This document shows positions 46,789-58,417 of a stretch of DNA of 64,000 nucleotides, piece after piece. Both the position numbers and the translations under genes were made by a program. The stretch spans positions 18,503-82,502 of the forward strand of contig JAEETJ010000001.1 of NCBI GenBank assembly GCA_016290295.1, read 5' to 3'. Numbering within the stretch: the first letter of the stretch is position 1; each line of letters opens with the position of its first letter. The stretch is from Bacteroidales bacterium (lineage in GTDB: Bacteria; Bacteroidota; Bacteroidia; Bacteroidales; WCHB1-69). The notes beneath the pieces were generated by a model. That model saw only the letters and a list, made by a program, of their open reading frames with translations, searched no databases and was not told the origin of the DNA.

Positions 46789-48918
46789 TTATACATCCTT
46801 CATAGACAGCGTAATGCGCTTTCTGTCGATTTCCACGGCGACGACCTTAACCATCACCTTCTGATTCAGTTTCACCACCTCATTGGGATCTTTCACAAAT
46901 TTGTTGGCGATACGACTCACATGCACCAGTCCATCCTGATGCACACCGATATCCACAAAACAGCCAAAATTAGTGATATTGGTAACGATACCTGGCAGCA
47001 CCATGCCTTCTTTCAAATCATTGATAGAGGTCACGGATTTGTCGAATTCAAACACCTCGTAATCCTGACGCGGATCACGGCCTGGCTTGTCCAATTCCTG
47101 CATGATGTCAGTCAAAGTTGGCATACCCACCTTATCGGTCACAAATTCCTTCAAATTAATTTGCTTACGCAAATCAGCATTTGCCATCAAATCGGCCACG
47201 GTGCAACCTGATTTCTTCGCCATTGCATTGACCACAGCATAACTTTCCGGATGGACAGCACTGGCATCCAAAGGATTCTCCGCATCACGGATACGCAAAA
47301 AACCCGCAGCCTGCTCAAAAGCCTTGGCTCCGAAGCGAGGCACCATTTTCAAGGCATTACGATGCAGGAATGGTCCATTTTCATTACGGTAATCCACAAT
47401 ATTCTTAGCCAAGGCAGGACCTACACCTGACACATAAGACAGCAGTTCTTTGCTGGCCGTATTAACCTCCACACCCACTTTGTTTACGCAGCTTTCCACG
47501 GTTTCCTGTAAGCTTTCCTGCAAGCGAGTCTGATTCACATCATGCTGGTACTGCCCTACCCCGATGGATTTCGGATCGATTTTGACCAGTTCTGCCAATG
47601 GGTCCATCAAGCGTCGGCCAATAGAAACTGCGCCACGCACGGTCACATCGTAATCTGGGAACTCTTCACGCGCCACATCAGAAGCCGAATACACCGAGGC
47701 ACCGCTTTCGTTTACCACTACAGCCATCACGTCACGCTCAAAAGGAATATGGCGGACAAAATTCTCCGTCTCGCGCCCTGCCGTGCCATTGCCGATGGCT
47801 ATAGCATCCACTTTATACTGCAATACCAAGCGTTTCAGCTTATCGGAGGCCAGCTTGTACTGAGCATGAGGCGGATGTGGATAAATCGTCTCGTTATGCA
47901 TCAGTTTCCCTTGTTTATCAAGGATTACCAGCTTACATCCCGTACGGAAACCCGGGTCAAGTGCCAGCACGGTTTTCTGTCCCAAAGGTGGTGCCATCAG
48001 CAGCTGGCGCAGGTTGGTCACAAACACTTTGATGGCCTCTGTATCTGCTTTCTCCTTATAGAATTTACGCATTTCAGTTTCCATCTGGGGCTGCAGCAAA
48101 CGCTTATAGGAATCAGCAATCGCCATAGATACCTGCTTAGCACAATCATTATCGGCACGCAGGTAATAATGCTCCATCATTTTGAGGGCACGCTCTTCAT
48201 CGGGAGCGATATACAGGCGCAGGAAGCCTTCCTCCTCTCCTCGCAACATAGCCAAAACACGGTGTGATGGTGCCTTCGCCAATTTCTCCGAAGCATTGAA
48301 ATAGATACCATACTTTTCGCCCTCCTCTTCCTTGCCTTTCACTACTTTGGACGTGATAACCGAATATGTCTTGAAGCTATTGCGCAGCGACTCACGAATA
48401 TGGATATTTTCGCTGACCCATTCCGCCATGATGTCACGTGCCCCTGCCAAGGCCTCATCCGTGGTTCTCACTCCCTTTTCAACATCCACAAACTTGGCGG
48501 CAGTGGCTTTCACGTCGATAAAACCCTGACGCATAATCATTTTCGCCAAAGGCTCCAGTCCTCTCTCTATGGCCATAGAACCCTTTGTTTTCCGTTTGGG
48601 ACGATAAGGCAAATAAAGATCTTCCAACTCACTCATCTTAAGTGCATTGTTTATCTTTTCTTCCAATTCGGGCGTCAATTTTCCTTGTTCTTTAATGGAA
48701 TCGAGGATGGCAGCACGACGCTTGTCCAATTCTACCCACTTGGCATGCAAATCCCTGACTGCTGCAATCTGCACCTCATCCATACTGTCGGTCACTTCCT
48801 TACGGTAGCGGGCCACAAAGGGTATGGTAGCTCCGGATTCCAACAATTCCAGTGTGTTTTTCACCTGAAGTTCAGTCAGTCCCAATTCCTGGGAAATCAA
48901 AGCGGCGTAATTTTTCAT
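46789..48918 (-). CDS. tex: Tex/YhgF transcription accessory protein (S1 domain)
   Basis: GATIPFVARYRKE, LEDLYLPYRPKR, DPGFRTGCK, ESGASVYSAS, DPKSIGVGQYQHD and C-terminal S1. Start at MKNY (48918). Confidence 0.93.
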   Translation of the reverse strand: MKNYAALISQELGLTELQVKNTLELLESGATIPFVARYRKEVTDSMDEVQIAAVRDLHAKWVELDKRRAAILDSIKEQGKLTPELEEKINNALKMSELEDLYLPYRPKRKTKGSMAIERGLEPLAKMIMRQGFIDVKATAAKFVDVEKGVRTTDEALAGARDIMAEWVSENIHIRESLRNSFKTYSVITSKVVKGKEEEGEKYGIYFNASEKLAKAPSHRVLAMLRGEEEGFLRLYIAPDEERALKMMEHYYLRADNDCAKQVSMAIADSYKRLLQPQMETEMRKFYKEKADTEAIKVFVTNLRQLLMAPPLGQKTVLALDPGFRTGCKLVILDKQGKLMHNETIYPHPPHAQYKLASDKLKRLVLQYKVDAIAIGNGTAGRETENFVRHIPFERDVMAVVVNESGASVYSASDVAREEFPDYDVTVRGAVSIGRRLMDPLAELVKIDPKSIGVGQYQHDVNQTRLQESLQETVESCVNKVGVEVNTASKELLSYVSGVGPALAKNIVDYRNENGPFLHRNALKMVPRFGAKAFEQAAGFLRIRDAENPLDASAVHPESYAVVNAMAKKSGCTVADLMANADLRKQINLKEFVTDKVGMPTLTDIMQELDKPGRDPRQDYEVFEFDKSVTSINDLKEGMVLPGIVTNITNFGCFVDIGVHQDGLVHVSRIANKFVKDPNEVVKLNQKVMVKVVAVEIDRKRITLSMKDV

Positions 48919-49021
48919 TATCATTTGGATTTGAAATGAATGGCAAAAATACCAAAAAAAATTAGTATTTTTGCAAAATTTTATGCTGAACACAACGTTA
49001 CTGTAAATAAAACACTTAAAA

Positions 49022-50896
49022 ATGCGAGAGAGACTTTTCCGATACAGTTTCTTCCTACTGACACTCTTATGCGTGCATAGTGTCATGGGACAAGGACAGA
49101 ACTATGACGGATGTCTCAGTCATGCTCAGCTATATGAACTTTACAGTGGCAATGTGCAAAGCATGGGGCAGATGATGGGACGACAGCGTTTTTTCATGGT
49201 ATCCAACGACGATAATGTCACTTTTATGTGGCGTGGCGATACTATCGTGATGAACCTATGCAATTGGCAATTCGCCCAAGGTTTTAATGACATCTATGTC
49301 AACGCCTTTTATCAAGATGGTTTTTACAACTTTGTGGAATACAACACTACCGCTGCCTGTGCCAACAAATTGCTGCAAGAATGCAAAGAGAAATACATGG
49401 AACAGTATGATGAAAATGATGAATTTGAAGAAGAAAAAATCATATCAGACAGTCTTGATCTCTTCCCCATCATTAAAAAAACATCCCTCCAACTAACTTT
49501 TAACTTCAAAGAAGGATATCAGATTCTCTTCCCAGAAGAAAACTCCGGCAACGATCAATTCCTGATTCAAATTTACAATCCCGCCAATTTCAATCAGCTG
49601 ATAAGTCTAAGCAAAACGCAGTTGGAGCAACAGCTTCTTGCAAGACAAATCAAAGAGCGAACCATACTCAAGAACATCGCCGCAGCTGATTCTTTGGCTC
49701 AATTAGAAGAATTTCCCGCCGCTATTCAATTATTGGAAGATGTTTATGACCTGCTACCCGACTACATTCACACTGTGGATACAAAATTAGGAGCCATCAA
49801 AAAACAATACAAAGAAAAGAAAATCCGAGCCTATATTGAAAAGGGAGATAAACTTTACAATGCCGGCGATTATAACGGTGCTTTAGAGATGTATTCCAAT
49901 GTTTTGAAAGAAGACATCAACAATAAAAACGCGAAAGAACAGATTGAGAATATAAACAGAAAATTAGACATTCTGCACCAACGTGGACAAATCACATACG
50001 AATATCGTGAGAGCAATCCACAAAATTACAGAGATTTCAGCGAAGCACTTGAAAATGAGCTTAACCAGCTGGTGGACAACACAAATGATGGTACCCTTAA
50101 CTTGTCCTACTCCATTATCTTTGACACGATGGGGGTTAACCAGTCTTTTTACAACATCCTCCACTTCAACACTGTGGCCATCGACAAGAACTTGCCCATA
50201 TTGCAAAGCCGCATGTCCAACCTTTTGGGACATAAATCTTTACAACCCAGTTCACGTGAAGACATATACATACGTTCAGCCTCCACTTTCAACATCAATT
50301 TGGACTGGGACAGCTACGAGCAGCTGGTCGTGAAGAAACGCAAGAGAATAGTCAACCAATCCTCATATGCACTCAACCCGTTGATAGAAGATGTTTTACA
50401 TAACGATCCCAAGATGTATTTTGGGAAATATTATTTTAACATCAAATCCAAAAGCTGCAATGATCAAGCTTACCATGACATTAGCTTGACCAAATATAAA
50501 ACCGTTGGTGGCGAAGCCTTTGTATATGGCCTCTTCCCCGGTTTAGGCACTTTGATTGCCACACAAGGGAAGGAAGGTGCAACATGTATGGCATTATCAC
50601 TTGTTTTTTACGGAGGAGCCATTGCTTCATACGTGTTGTACAAGGATTATAAAAAACAGTATGACGAGACCTCCTCGACACTCGATGAAAAAAACGCCAA
50701 AAATTTGAACACCAAGAAGGAAGTATGCAAATGGGCAGCCATTGGCGGGGTCAGCATCGGCGGCAGCATTCAGTTGGGTGGTATGATCAAGGCCATGGTA
50801 AGAGGCATACAAAACAAAAAGCACTCGAAAGAACTGCGTCAGGCTTTACAAAACGAGCCTATAGAAATCAAAAAGGAAAATATTCATATTCAATAA
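49022..50896 (+). CDS. Hypothetical exported/membrane protein with TPR-like helices and C-terminal hydrophobic segments
   Basis: Signal peptide; TPR-like [25 protein letters not shown]; LFPGLG plus TM helices at the C-terminus. Confidence 0.7.
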   Translation: MRERLFRYSFFLLTLLCVHSVMGQGQNYDGCLSHAQLYELYSGNVQSMGQMMGRQRFFMVSNDDNVTFMWRGDTIVMNLCNWQFAQGFNDIYVNAFYQDGFYNFVEYNTTAACANKLLQECKEKYMEQYDENDEFEEEKIISDSLDLFPIIKKTSLQLTFNFKEGYQILFPEENSGNDQFLIQIYNPANFNQLISLSKTQLEQQLLARQIKERTILKNIAAADSLAQLEEFPAAIQLLEDVYDLLPDYIHTVDTKLGAIKKQYKEKKIRAYIEKGDKLYNAGDYNGALEMYSNVLKEDINNKNAKEQIENINRKLDILHQRGQITYEYRESNPQNYRDFSEALENELNQLVDNTNDGTLNLSYSIIFDTMGVNQSFYNILHFNTVAIDKNLPILQSRMSNLLGHKSLQPSSREDIYIRSASTFNINLDWDSYEQLVVKKRKRIVNQSSYALNPLIEDVLHNDPKMYFGKYYFNIKSKSCNDQAYHDISLTKYKTVGGEAFVYGLFPGLGTLIATQGKEGATCMALSLVFYGGAIASYVLYKDYKKQYDETSSTLDEKNAKNLNTKKEVCKWAAIGGVSIGGSIQLGGMIKAMVRGIQNKKHSKELRQALQNEPIEIKKENIHIQ

Positions 50897-50907
50897 ATTA
50901 CAAGATA

Positions 50908-52431
50908 ATGAAACCAAGAGTACGCTTTGCTCCCAGTCCCACTGGACCGCTTCACATCGGTGGAGTAAGAACCGCTTTATACAACTATTTGTTCGCCAAG
51001 CAGAATGGCGGCACCATGATACTGAGAATCGAAGACACCGACCAGACCCGTTTTGTGGAAGGCGCTGAAGAATACATCATCGAGGCCTTCCAGTGGTTAG
51101 GCATCAAATTTGACGAAGGCGTTGGTATTGGCGGAAATTACGGTCCTTACAAACAGTCGGAACGCAAGCCCATGTACAAGCAATATGCCGATCAGCTCAT
51201 CAACAACGGCTGGGCATACTATGCTTTTGACACGCCTGAAGCATTGGAGCAGAAACGCAAAGAATACGAAGCCGAGAAAAAGACCTTCCAATATGATTGG
51301 CATACTCGTGAAAGCATGACCAACTCACTGACACTCAGTGCAGAAGAAGTTGAAAAACGCTTGGCTAACGGGGATGCCTATGTGATTCGTTTCAAACATA
51401 CACCCGACACAGAGATTTTGGTAAACGACATCATCAGAGGCGAGGTCAGAATTAATTCCAACATACTGGATGACAAAGTTTTATACAAATCAGACGGTAT
51501 GCCCACCTACCATTTGGCCAATATTGTGGATGACCATTTGATGGAGATTACCCACGTGATTCGTGGTGAGGAATGGCTGCCCTCAGCTCCCCTGCACGTG
51601 ATGCTGTACAAGGCTTTTGGCTGGGAGGCTCCCCGTTTCGCCCACCTACCCCTGCTGCTCAAACCCGACGGCAATGGCAAACTGAGCAAACGCGATGGTG
51701 ACCGCCTTGGTTTCCCGGTATTTCCGCTTCAATGGAAAGATCCTAAGAGTGGCGAGATTTCTTCAGGCTACCGCGAATCCGGCTATCTGCCCGAAGCTGT
51801 CATCAATATGTTAGCTCTGCTGGGCTGGAATCCAGGCAACGACCAAGAAGTTATGTCCATGGACGAACTGATTCAGCTGTTCTCTTTGGAGAAGATCAGC
51901 AAGGCAGGCGCTAAATTTGACCTCGAGAAGGCCAAATGGTTCAATCACCACTATCTACAAGCCTATCCTAACGAAAAGCTCGCAGAGAGCCTAAAATCGA
52001 CCTTGCAAGACAAAGGTCTCGATGCCGACATGGACAAAATCATCCGTGTGGTGGCATTGATCAAGGAAAGACTGTATTTTATCAACGATTTATGGTCACA
52101 GAGCTATTATTTCTTCGAAAGACCTACTGAATACAATGAGCAGGTCATCAAGAAGAGATGGAAAGAAGGCACAGCAGAGCATCTTATGCACATTGCCGGA
52201 TTATTGACTGACACGGTACCATTTGATAAAACTGTTGCTCACGATAAAGTGATGGATTACATTCGTGGCAATGAACTGAACATGGGACAAATCATGAACA
52301 GCTTCCGGCTGACCTTAGTAGGCGATGCCAAAGGTCCCGATTTGTTTGAAATCATTGACATCTTAGGCGTAGAGGAAACCGTTATCCGATTGAAGAACGG
52401 AATCGAAGCAATTAGCAAATTAGCAAATTAG
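50908..52431 (+). CDS. gltX: Glutamate--tRNA ligase
   Basis: [32 protein letters not shown] and KLSKR motifs. Start at MKPRVRF. Confidence 0.97.
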   Translation: MKPRVRFAPSPTGPLHIGGVRTALYNYLFAKQNGGTMILRIEDTDQTRFVEGAEEYIIEAFQWLGIKFDEGVGIGGNYGPYKQSERKPMYKQYADQLINNGWAYYAFDTPEALEQKRKEYEAEKKTFQYDWHTRESMTNSLTLSAEEVEKRLANGDAYVIRFKHTPDTEILVNDIIRGEVRINSNILDDKVLYKSDGMPTYHLANIVDDHLMEITHVIRGEEWLPSAPLHVMLYKAFGWEAPRFAHLPLLLKPDGNGKLSKRDGDRLGFPVFPLQWKDPKSGEISSGYRESGYLPEAVINMLALLGWNPGNDQEVMSMDELIQLFSLEKISKAGAKFDLEKAKWFNHHYLQAYPNEKLAESLKSTLQDKGLDADMDKIIRVVALIKERLYFINDLWSQSYYFFERPTEYNEQVIKKRWKEGTAEHLMHIAGLLTDTVPFDKTVAHDKVMDYIRGNELNMGQIMNSFRLTLVGDAKGPDLFEIIDILGVEETVIRLKNGIEAISKLAN

Positions 52432-52445
52432 TTAATTAGCAAATT
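52410..52445 (+). repeat. Octamer repeat supplying the GltX C-terminus and stop
   Basis: ATT AGC AAA TTA GCA AAT TAG TTAATTAGCAAATT. Confidence 0.75.
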
Positions 52446-52452
52446 GGGATAT

Positions 52453-52484
52453 AAAAAAAGCTCGCTTAATGGCGAGCTTTTTTT
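52453..52484. terminator. Bidirectional rho-independent terminator
   Basis: AAAAAAAGCTCGC-TTAATG-GCGAGCTTTTTTT. Confidence 0.88.
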
Positions 52485-52506
52485 GTTTGTTTATTTGTCT
52501 TTATGA

Positions 52507-55029
52507 TTATTTGTCGTAAACAATCATACTCTTTTCTTTGTCGATGGAGTACTTGCCCCATGCATCAGAGATGTATGCGTCACCGATAACGAAATCAGCG
52601 GGCAAACCTTTCTTCACAACCACTTTCACGTTTTCGTCATAGTCATCACCCACACGGAGTTCTTCGAGGTACAGGATAGCATTTTCGGTGATAGAACCGT
52701 CTTCCTTGTTGATGGCGGTTTCCACATCCTCGAAATCGTTAGCCTTGATAATCATGTCCTTCAGCAAACGTGAAGCCAAAGTATAGCTGATAGCTACCTC
52801 ATCGGAATTTTCGCCGATTCTGAACTTGAATGACTTATTGTTGGCAATACAGTTACCTTCAACAACATTGTCGGTAATAGTTACGGGCACCGTACGACGC
52901 TGTACCACTGCGATAGAGCTGCTGGTACCATGAGCGGCGGCGATTTCATCGCTTGACGGCACATAGTCGGTACGCAGCACGATGAATTCAGTACGACGGT
53001 TCAAAGCGTTGGCAGCTTCCTGCTCAGCCTTCGGCAGTGAGAGGATGTATTCTTCGGTCAACACAGTTCCTTTGGGATAGAAATATTTCTTACCTAGATA
53101 AGTATAAGTATAATCTTTCTCGAACTTACGGGGACTGTACTCACCATAACCCTTGGCTACGATACGGCCAGGAGCGATACCTTTCTCATTGACGAGGAAG
53201 TCCACACAAGTCTGGGCACGGTTCTGTGACAGAATTTCGTTTTTCTCATCAGAGTCACGGTAGTCGGTGTGAGATCTCAACTCAACCACCAAGGTCGGGT
53301 TCTTCACCATGATGTTATACAAGTACATCAAGGAGTCCTTATACTGCGGTTTCAGATCCCATTTTGCCAAATCATACAGAATTTCGGGCAACACGATAGG
53401 TTGGGTCGGAATCGGGTCGAGCACGAAATCCTGTTTCAGGTCGGTATTCTCGCTCAGACCAATTGTTGTCTGAGTAGCGGTATTGTTTTCCTCCCAATAT
53501 TTCGGTTTGGTCACACGCATGGTGTATGTTGTGTTACCCAAAATCTTGGTCTTATCAAAATAATAGTAACCCTTCACATCGGTAGTGGTCTTATAGGAAG
53601 TACCATCAGAGCCGACAATTTCCACCTCAGCACCATCGATATACTGCAAGGTCACGGCATCCTTTACATAGCCGCCCAAAGAATACACGAGGGGACGCAA
53701 AACGAAATAATAGATATCATCACCACCACGACCGCCAGGTCTGTTGGAGGAGAAATAACCCTTGGCAAGATAAGGTGATTTTGACTTCGGATCCAGTGAT
53801 TCGGTCTCATCAAAAAGCATACCGATTTCATCCCAGCAGGAGTTGATGGGCACCATCATATTCTCGGCAGGCTGGAACTTTCCGTCTTTCAATTCGGAGA
53901 CGAAAATGTCGAGACCACCCATACCTGGATGTCCGTCTGAAGAGAAATACAATTCATTCTCACCACGCATAGCCGGGAAGACTTCCTGACCAGGAGTATT
54001 TACATTCGGACCGAGGTTGGTGATATTACCGAATTTGGCGGATTTCTTCGCACGTGTAGCTTTATAGATGTCATAGCCACCCAATCCACCGGGACGGTTG
54101 GAAGCGAAGTAAATGGTCAATTCATCAGGCATAATAAAAGGATGCACATAGTTGAATGAATCGGGTCCAAGGACAACCTTTTCCGGTTCACCCCATGATT
54201 TACCTTTTTTCTGAGAGACATAGATATAACAGCCATAAACCTGTTTCTTGTCCTGCGGACATTTGGTCAAATAGAGAGCTGTACCCTTCTTGTTGGCAGA
54301 AGCCTCACCCTCGTTCACACCTGAATTCAAAGTTTCACCTTCATCCAGCGGAGTGATAGGAGACCATTCACCTGGCCATGAAGTATTCTTGCTTTTCGGT
54401 TTATCTGATTTATAAATATCAGAGAAAGAAGAACCTGTCCATTGGTCGGTTCCCTTACCGGTAGAACCCTCACGGTTGGAAGTGAAGATCAGCTGATTTT
54501 GTTTTTCCGGATTACCCCATCTCACAGCCCATTCATCCTGTTTGGTGTTGAATTTCTTCAAGTTCTCGACTTCGTAGCGGGTAGGATTTTCCGACCAAGT
54601 TTTGGAATTTTTGCAACCTTCGATACGCACATCGGCACGGGTATCTTCCGGTGCACGTTTTTTGTAATTGTTATAATATTTCAGTGCTTGGTCATATTCA
54701 CCTCTGAGATTATAGATGCTAGCCAAGTGGAAAAGGATAATCGGGTTATCCTTCTGGTAGTTCTTCTTTTCCAGACGCAAATACTGCTGTTCGGCTTTTT
54801 TCAGGTCACCCATAATACGGTAACATTCAGCAATTTGGAAAGTAACACGTTGCACTTCCACCCTATTCTTGCTGATTTTCTTGATACCCTTTTTATATTC
54901 TTCCAGTGCTTTTTCGTACTTGCAGTTTCTGAAATCATTGTCGGCATCCCGCAATGTTTGGGCTTTCACGGCTCCAACAGTCATAAAAACTGCCGCCAAA
55001 AAAACAATGAATGACCTGTATATTTTCAT
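52507..55029 (-). CDS. PorE-like protein (TPR, PD40 propeller, carboxypeptidase-regulatory-like, OmpA_C) with an extra C-terminal retropepsin-like domain
   Basis: TPRs; YFASNRPGGLGGYDIY; YFSSDGHPGMGGLDIF; ILYDLAKWDL..ELRSHTD..LSQNRA..AKGYGE..NRRTEF; ~130-aa extension. Confidence 0.85.
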   Translation of the reverse strand: MKIYRSFIVFLAAVFMTVGAVKAQTLRDADNDFRNCKYEKALEEYKKGIKKISKNRVEVQRVTFQIAECYRIMGDLKKAEQQYLRLEKKNYQKDNPIILFHLASIYNLRGEYDQALKYYNNYKKRAPEDTRADVRIEGCKNSKTWSENPTRYEVENLKKFNTKQDEWAVRWGNPEKQNQLIFTSNREGSTGKGTDQWTGSSFSDIYKSDKPKSKNTSWPGEWSPITPLDEGETLNSGVNEGEASANKKGTALYLTKCPQDKKQVYGCYIYVSQKKGKSWGEPEKVVLGPDSFNYVHPFIMPDELTIYFASNRPGGLGGYDIYKATRAKKSAKFGNITNLGPNVNTPGQEVFPAMRGENELYFSSDGHPGMGGLDIFVSELKDGKFQPAENMMVPINSCWDEIGMLFDETESLDPKSKSPYLAKGYFSSNRPGGRGGDDIYYFVLRPLVYSLGGYVKDAVTLQYIDGAEVEIVGSDGTSYKTTTDVKGYYYFDKTKILGNTTYTMRVTKPKYWEENNTATQTTIGLSENTDLKQDFVLDPIPTQPIVLPEILYDLAKWDLKPQYKDSLMYLYNIMVKNPTLVVELRSHTDYRDSDEKNEILSQNRAQTCVDFLVNEKGIAPGRIVAKGYGEYSPRKFEKDYTYTYLGKKYFYPKGTVLTEEYILSLPKAEQEAANALNRRTEFIVLRTDYVPSSDEIAAAHGTSSSIAVVQRRTVPVTITDNVVEGNCIANNKSFKFRIGENSDEVAISYTLASRLLKDMIIKANDFEDVETAINKEDGSITENAILYLEELRVGDDYDENVKVVVKKGLPADFVIGDAYISDAWGKYSIDKEKSMIVYDK

Positions 55030-55116
55030 AATATTACACTTTTACAAATTGAGGGTGCTAAATTAAAAAAAATAATTGAGAAAACGAATGCTTTCCCAAT
55101 TATTTTTTTCATTTTT

Positions 55117-58100
55117 TTATTTTACTTCGGTCTTAACTCTCTTGATATTCTTCTTACCTCTCAGCATATCGTATGCCAACGGGTTGGAAACGAAGATACC
55201 TGAATAAGTACCGATCAGGATACCAGCGAACATAGCGAAAACGAAACCACGGATGACTTCACCACCGAAGATGAAGATAGCCAATAACACCACGAGGGTG
55301 GTACCACCGGTATTGATTGTACGGCCCAAGGTGCTGTTGATAGCGGCATTGAAGTTCTCGTAGTTGTCGCGTTTCGGATACAGAGCCAAGTTTTCACGCA
55401 CACGGTCGAAGATAATCACGACGTTATTAATAGAATAACCGATTACCGTCAAGATAGCGGCGATGAAGGACTGGTCGATTTCCATAGAGAACGGCATCAC
55501 CTTGTAGAACAAGGAGAACAGACCGATAGTCAGCAAGCTATCGTGTACCAAAGCAATCACACCACCCATACCAAACTGCCAGTTCTTGAAACGGATAGCG
55601 ATATAGATGAAGATCAGCACGAGAGATACCAAAACAGCCCAGATAGCGTCCCACAGCAATTCGCTTGCGATGGTTGGCTGTACTTTCTGAGAACTCTGGA
55701 TACCACGAGGATCAACCTGCTGGGTGAATTCAGACTCTGTGATAGAAGTTTTCTGATAGAAACCCTTCAAAGCGTTATACAATTTCTTTTCGCATTCTTT
55801 ATCCACAGCGGGATCATTGCTGTCAATCTTGTAGTTGGTCGTGATACGAACCTGGTCATTGCCACCGAAGGTCTTCACTTCAGGATTACCACCAAATTCG
55901 GCGGCCACTGCGGAACGAACCTCATTGGTTTTCACATCCTGGTCGAAGCGAACCACATAGTTTCTACCACCGGTGAAATCGATACCGGGCTGCAGCTTCA
56001 AAGTGCAGAATGAAATAAGGGAAATCAGAATCATAGCACCTGAGAAGATGTAGCAATATTTTCTCACTTTCAAGAAATCGAAATGAGCATTTCTGAAAGT
56101 GTTCATGGTATATTTGTTACCGAAGGAAATTTCTTTACCCTTAGCCAGACGTCTTTCAAAAATCAGACGGGTGATGAAGATAGCGGTGAACAGAGAGGAC
56201 AGGATACCGATACCCAATGTGGTGGCGAAACCCTGTACAGGACCTGAACCGAAGATGTAAAGGATGATAGCGGTAATCAAGGTAGTGACGTTACCGTCGA
56301 TGATAGCTGAATAAGCGTTCTTGTAACCTTCGTCAACAGCCACACGGCTACCCTTACCGGCACGGAGCTCTTCACGGATACGCTCGAAAATCAACACGTT
56401 GGCATCCACTGCCATACCCAAGGTCAACACCAAACCAGCGATACCAGGCAAGGTCAGAACTGCGCCCAAAGAGGCGAGCACACCCATGATGAAGAAGATG
56501 TTAGTAAACAGAGCAACGTCGGCCACCAAACCGGCACGGCTATAATATAAGAACATATATATCAATACTAATACGAATGCCAGCAGGAATGAGAGCAGAC
56601 CGGAACGGATAGATTCCTTACCAAGGGTAGGACCAACCACTTCAGACTGAACGATGTTCACCTGGGCTTCGAGGTTACCAGAATTCAAAACGGTAGCCAA
56701 GTCCTTAGCCTCATCGATAGTGAAGCTACCGGAGATTTCTGAATTACCGTTAGGAATTTCGCTACGAATGCTCGGATAAGAATAAACAAAGTTATCCAAA
56801 ACGATAGCGATACAGGTCACTTTTGACTTATTGTCAACAGCGGCACGGGTAATCTTGCGCCATTCGTCTGATGCTTGGTCTTCCATTGACATGGTCACCA
56901 CCACGCGGTTGTTCTGATCCACATCCTGACGGGCGGAACGTACCACGCGTGCACCACCGATAGTCTCAGAGCTCAATTTCGGTCCGATACGGTCGTTGTT
57001 CTTTTTCAAAGGAACAAGAGGCATAGCATTGTTGAAACGCTTTTCAGCGGCACCCCAATAGAAAACGGCGCTCTTGTCACCAAGAATGCGCTGCAGTTCG
57101 GGCAGCATAGCGTCGATTGCTTTCACATCAGCTTCTTTGAAGTAACCGATTACCAAACCATCGGTACCAGCCACGGCCTTGCTCATGATAGCACCCAAGC
57201 GAGTGTCAATTTCTTCGTCTTCATCCTCATCTTCCTCTGCAGCACCCAACTGTGCTTCCAAAGAGCTAACTTCAGCGGTAGTGTCAACAGTTTCTTCCTG
57301 CGGACCATTAGCAGCCAACTGTGCGGCAGCTTCTTCTTTAGCTTTCAATTCTTTAGCCAGCTGAACATCAGCTTCGTAGAAACGCTGTTGGATAGACTTG
57401 CCATTCACGGGATCATTATACACTTCCCAGAATTCCAATTTAGCGGTGCTCTTCAAGAGGTCGGTTACACGCTCGGGTTCCTTGATACCAGGAAGTTCCA
57501 CGAGGATACGGCCACCCTGCAGACGCTGGAGGTTAGGCTGTGCCACACCGAAACGGTCGATACGGGTACGCAGAATCTTGAAGGTACGGTCAACGATTTC
57601 GCTGGACTCGGTTTTGATGAAGCTCACGATCTGATCGTCAGTTGCATTCTTGATGTTTGAACGCTCGCCGAAATAAGTACGGAGGTTAGCGTTTTCCAAA
57701 CCAAGAGCTACTTTTTCCTGATTGAAAGTGTTGACAAAAATATCAATGAAATCACCACCATCAGCTGCATATTTAGCGTTGGCTTTTTCAAAAGTGTTGG
57801 TAAACAGCTGGTCTTCGGTATTGACGGCCAAACTCTGAACCACATCGGGGATAGATATTTCGAGGGTCACGTTCATACCACCCTTCAAGTCCAAACCCAA
57901 ATTAACTTCTTTGTACTTACAGTCTTTGTAAGTGTTGCCCAGATAAACGACAGAATCGTTCATGTTGGCAAGGTAATACTGCTCTCTACCAGAGACAAGT
58001 GAGTCAACGAGATAATTTTCGCGCATCACGTCACCGTTAGCAGCTTTTTTCACTTCTGTAATGGCAGCTTCGTCCATGGCATAAGCCTTCGCTTTTTGTC

Positions 58101-58194
58101 CTACACGCCATGTTACAAAAGAGAATGATAAACAATACAAGCAGACTAATGCTAAAAGTATTGTAAAAAACAGAACTAAACCTTTGTTACGCAT
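55117..58194 (-). CDS. secDF: Protein translocase subunit SecDF (fused)
   Basis: LGLDLKGG, TLPGIAGLVLTLGMAVDANVLIFERIREE, GIDFTGG and IGYSINNVVIIFDRVRE motifs. Confidence 0.97.
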   Translation of the reverse strand: MRNKGLVLFFTILLALVCLYCLSFSFVTWRVGQKAKAYAMDEAAITEVKKAANGDVMRENYLVDSLVSGREQYYLANMNDSVVYLGNTYKDCKYKEVNLGLDLKGGMNVTLEISIPDVVQSLAVNTEDQLFTNTFEKANAKYAADGGDFIDIFVNTFNQEKVALGLENANLRTYFGERSNIKNATDDQIVSFIKTESSEIVDRTFKILRTRIDRFGVAQPNLQRLQGGRILVELPGIKEPERVTDLLKSTAKLEFWEVYNDPVNGKSIQQRFYEADVQLAKELKAKEEAAAQLAANGPQEETVDTTAEVSSLEAQLGAAEEDEDEDEEIDTRLGAIMSKAVAGTDGLVIGYFKEADVKAIDAMLPELQRILGDKSAVFYWGAAEKRFNNAMPLVPLKKNNDRIGPKLSSETIGGARVVRSARQDVDQNNRVVVTMSMEDQASDEWRKITRAAVDNKSKVTCIAIVLDNFVYSYPSIRSEIPNGNSEISGSFTIDEAKDLATVLNSGNLEAQVNIVQSEVVGPTLGKESIRSGLLSFLLAFVLVLIYMFLYYSRAGLVADVALFTNIFFIMGVLASLGAVLTLPGIAGLVLTLGMAVDANVLIFERIREELRAGKGSRVAVDEGYKNAYSAIIDGNVTTLITAIILYIFGSGPVQGFATTLGIGILSSLFTAIFITRLIFERRLAKGKEISFGNKYTMNTFRNAHFDFLKVRKYCYIFSGAMILISLISFCTLKLQPGIDFTGGRNYVVRFDQDVKTNEVRSAVAAEFGGNPEVKTFGGNDQVRITTNYKIDSNDPAVDKECEKKLYNALKGFYQKTSITESEFTQQVDPRGIQSSQKVQPTIASELLWDAIWAVLVSLVLIFIYIAIRFKNWQFGMGGVIALVHDSLLTIGLFSLFYKVMPFSMEIDQSFIAAILTVIGYSINNVVIIFDRVRENLALYPKRDNYENFNAAINSTLGRTINTGGTTLVVLLAIFIFGGEVIRGFVFAMFAGILIGTYSGIFVSNPLAYDMLRGKKNIKRVKTEVK

Positions 58195-58336
58195 TGCTTT
58201 TATTTATTTGATTATTAATAATTTAGATTTATTCAACATAGTAAAATTTTAGCTTGCAAATATACAAAATATATTGATATGTGCAAGGATTATTTTAAAA
58301 TAACTTTCGAGGGGGATTTTAGCATGATTTTTTCGG

Positions 58337-58400
58337 AATCCAAAATCCAAAATTCAGAATTCAAAATCCACTTTATTGTTGAATTTTGAAATTTGAATTA
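58337..58400. repeat. Inverted heptamer repeats (AATCCAA/AATTCAA versus TTGAATT)
   Basis: AATCCAAAATCCAAAATTCAGAATTCAAAATCCA ... TTGAATTTTGAAATTTGAATT downstream of nadK. Confidence 0.72.
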
Positions 58401-58417
58401 AAAATAAAGGAATACGG

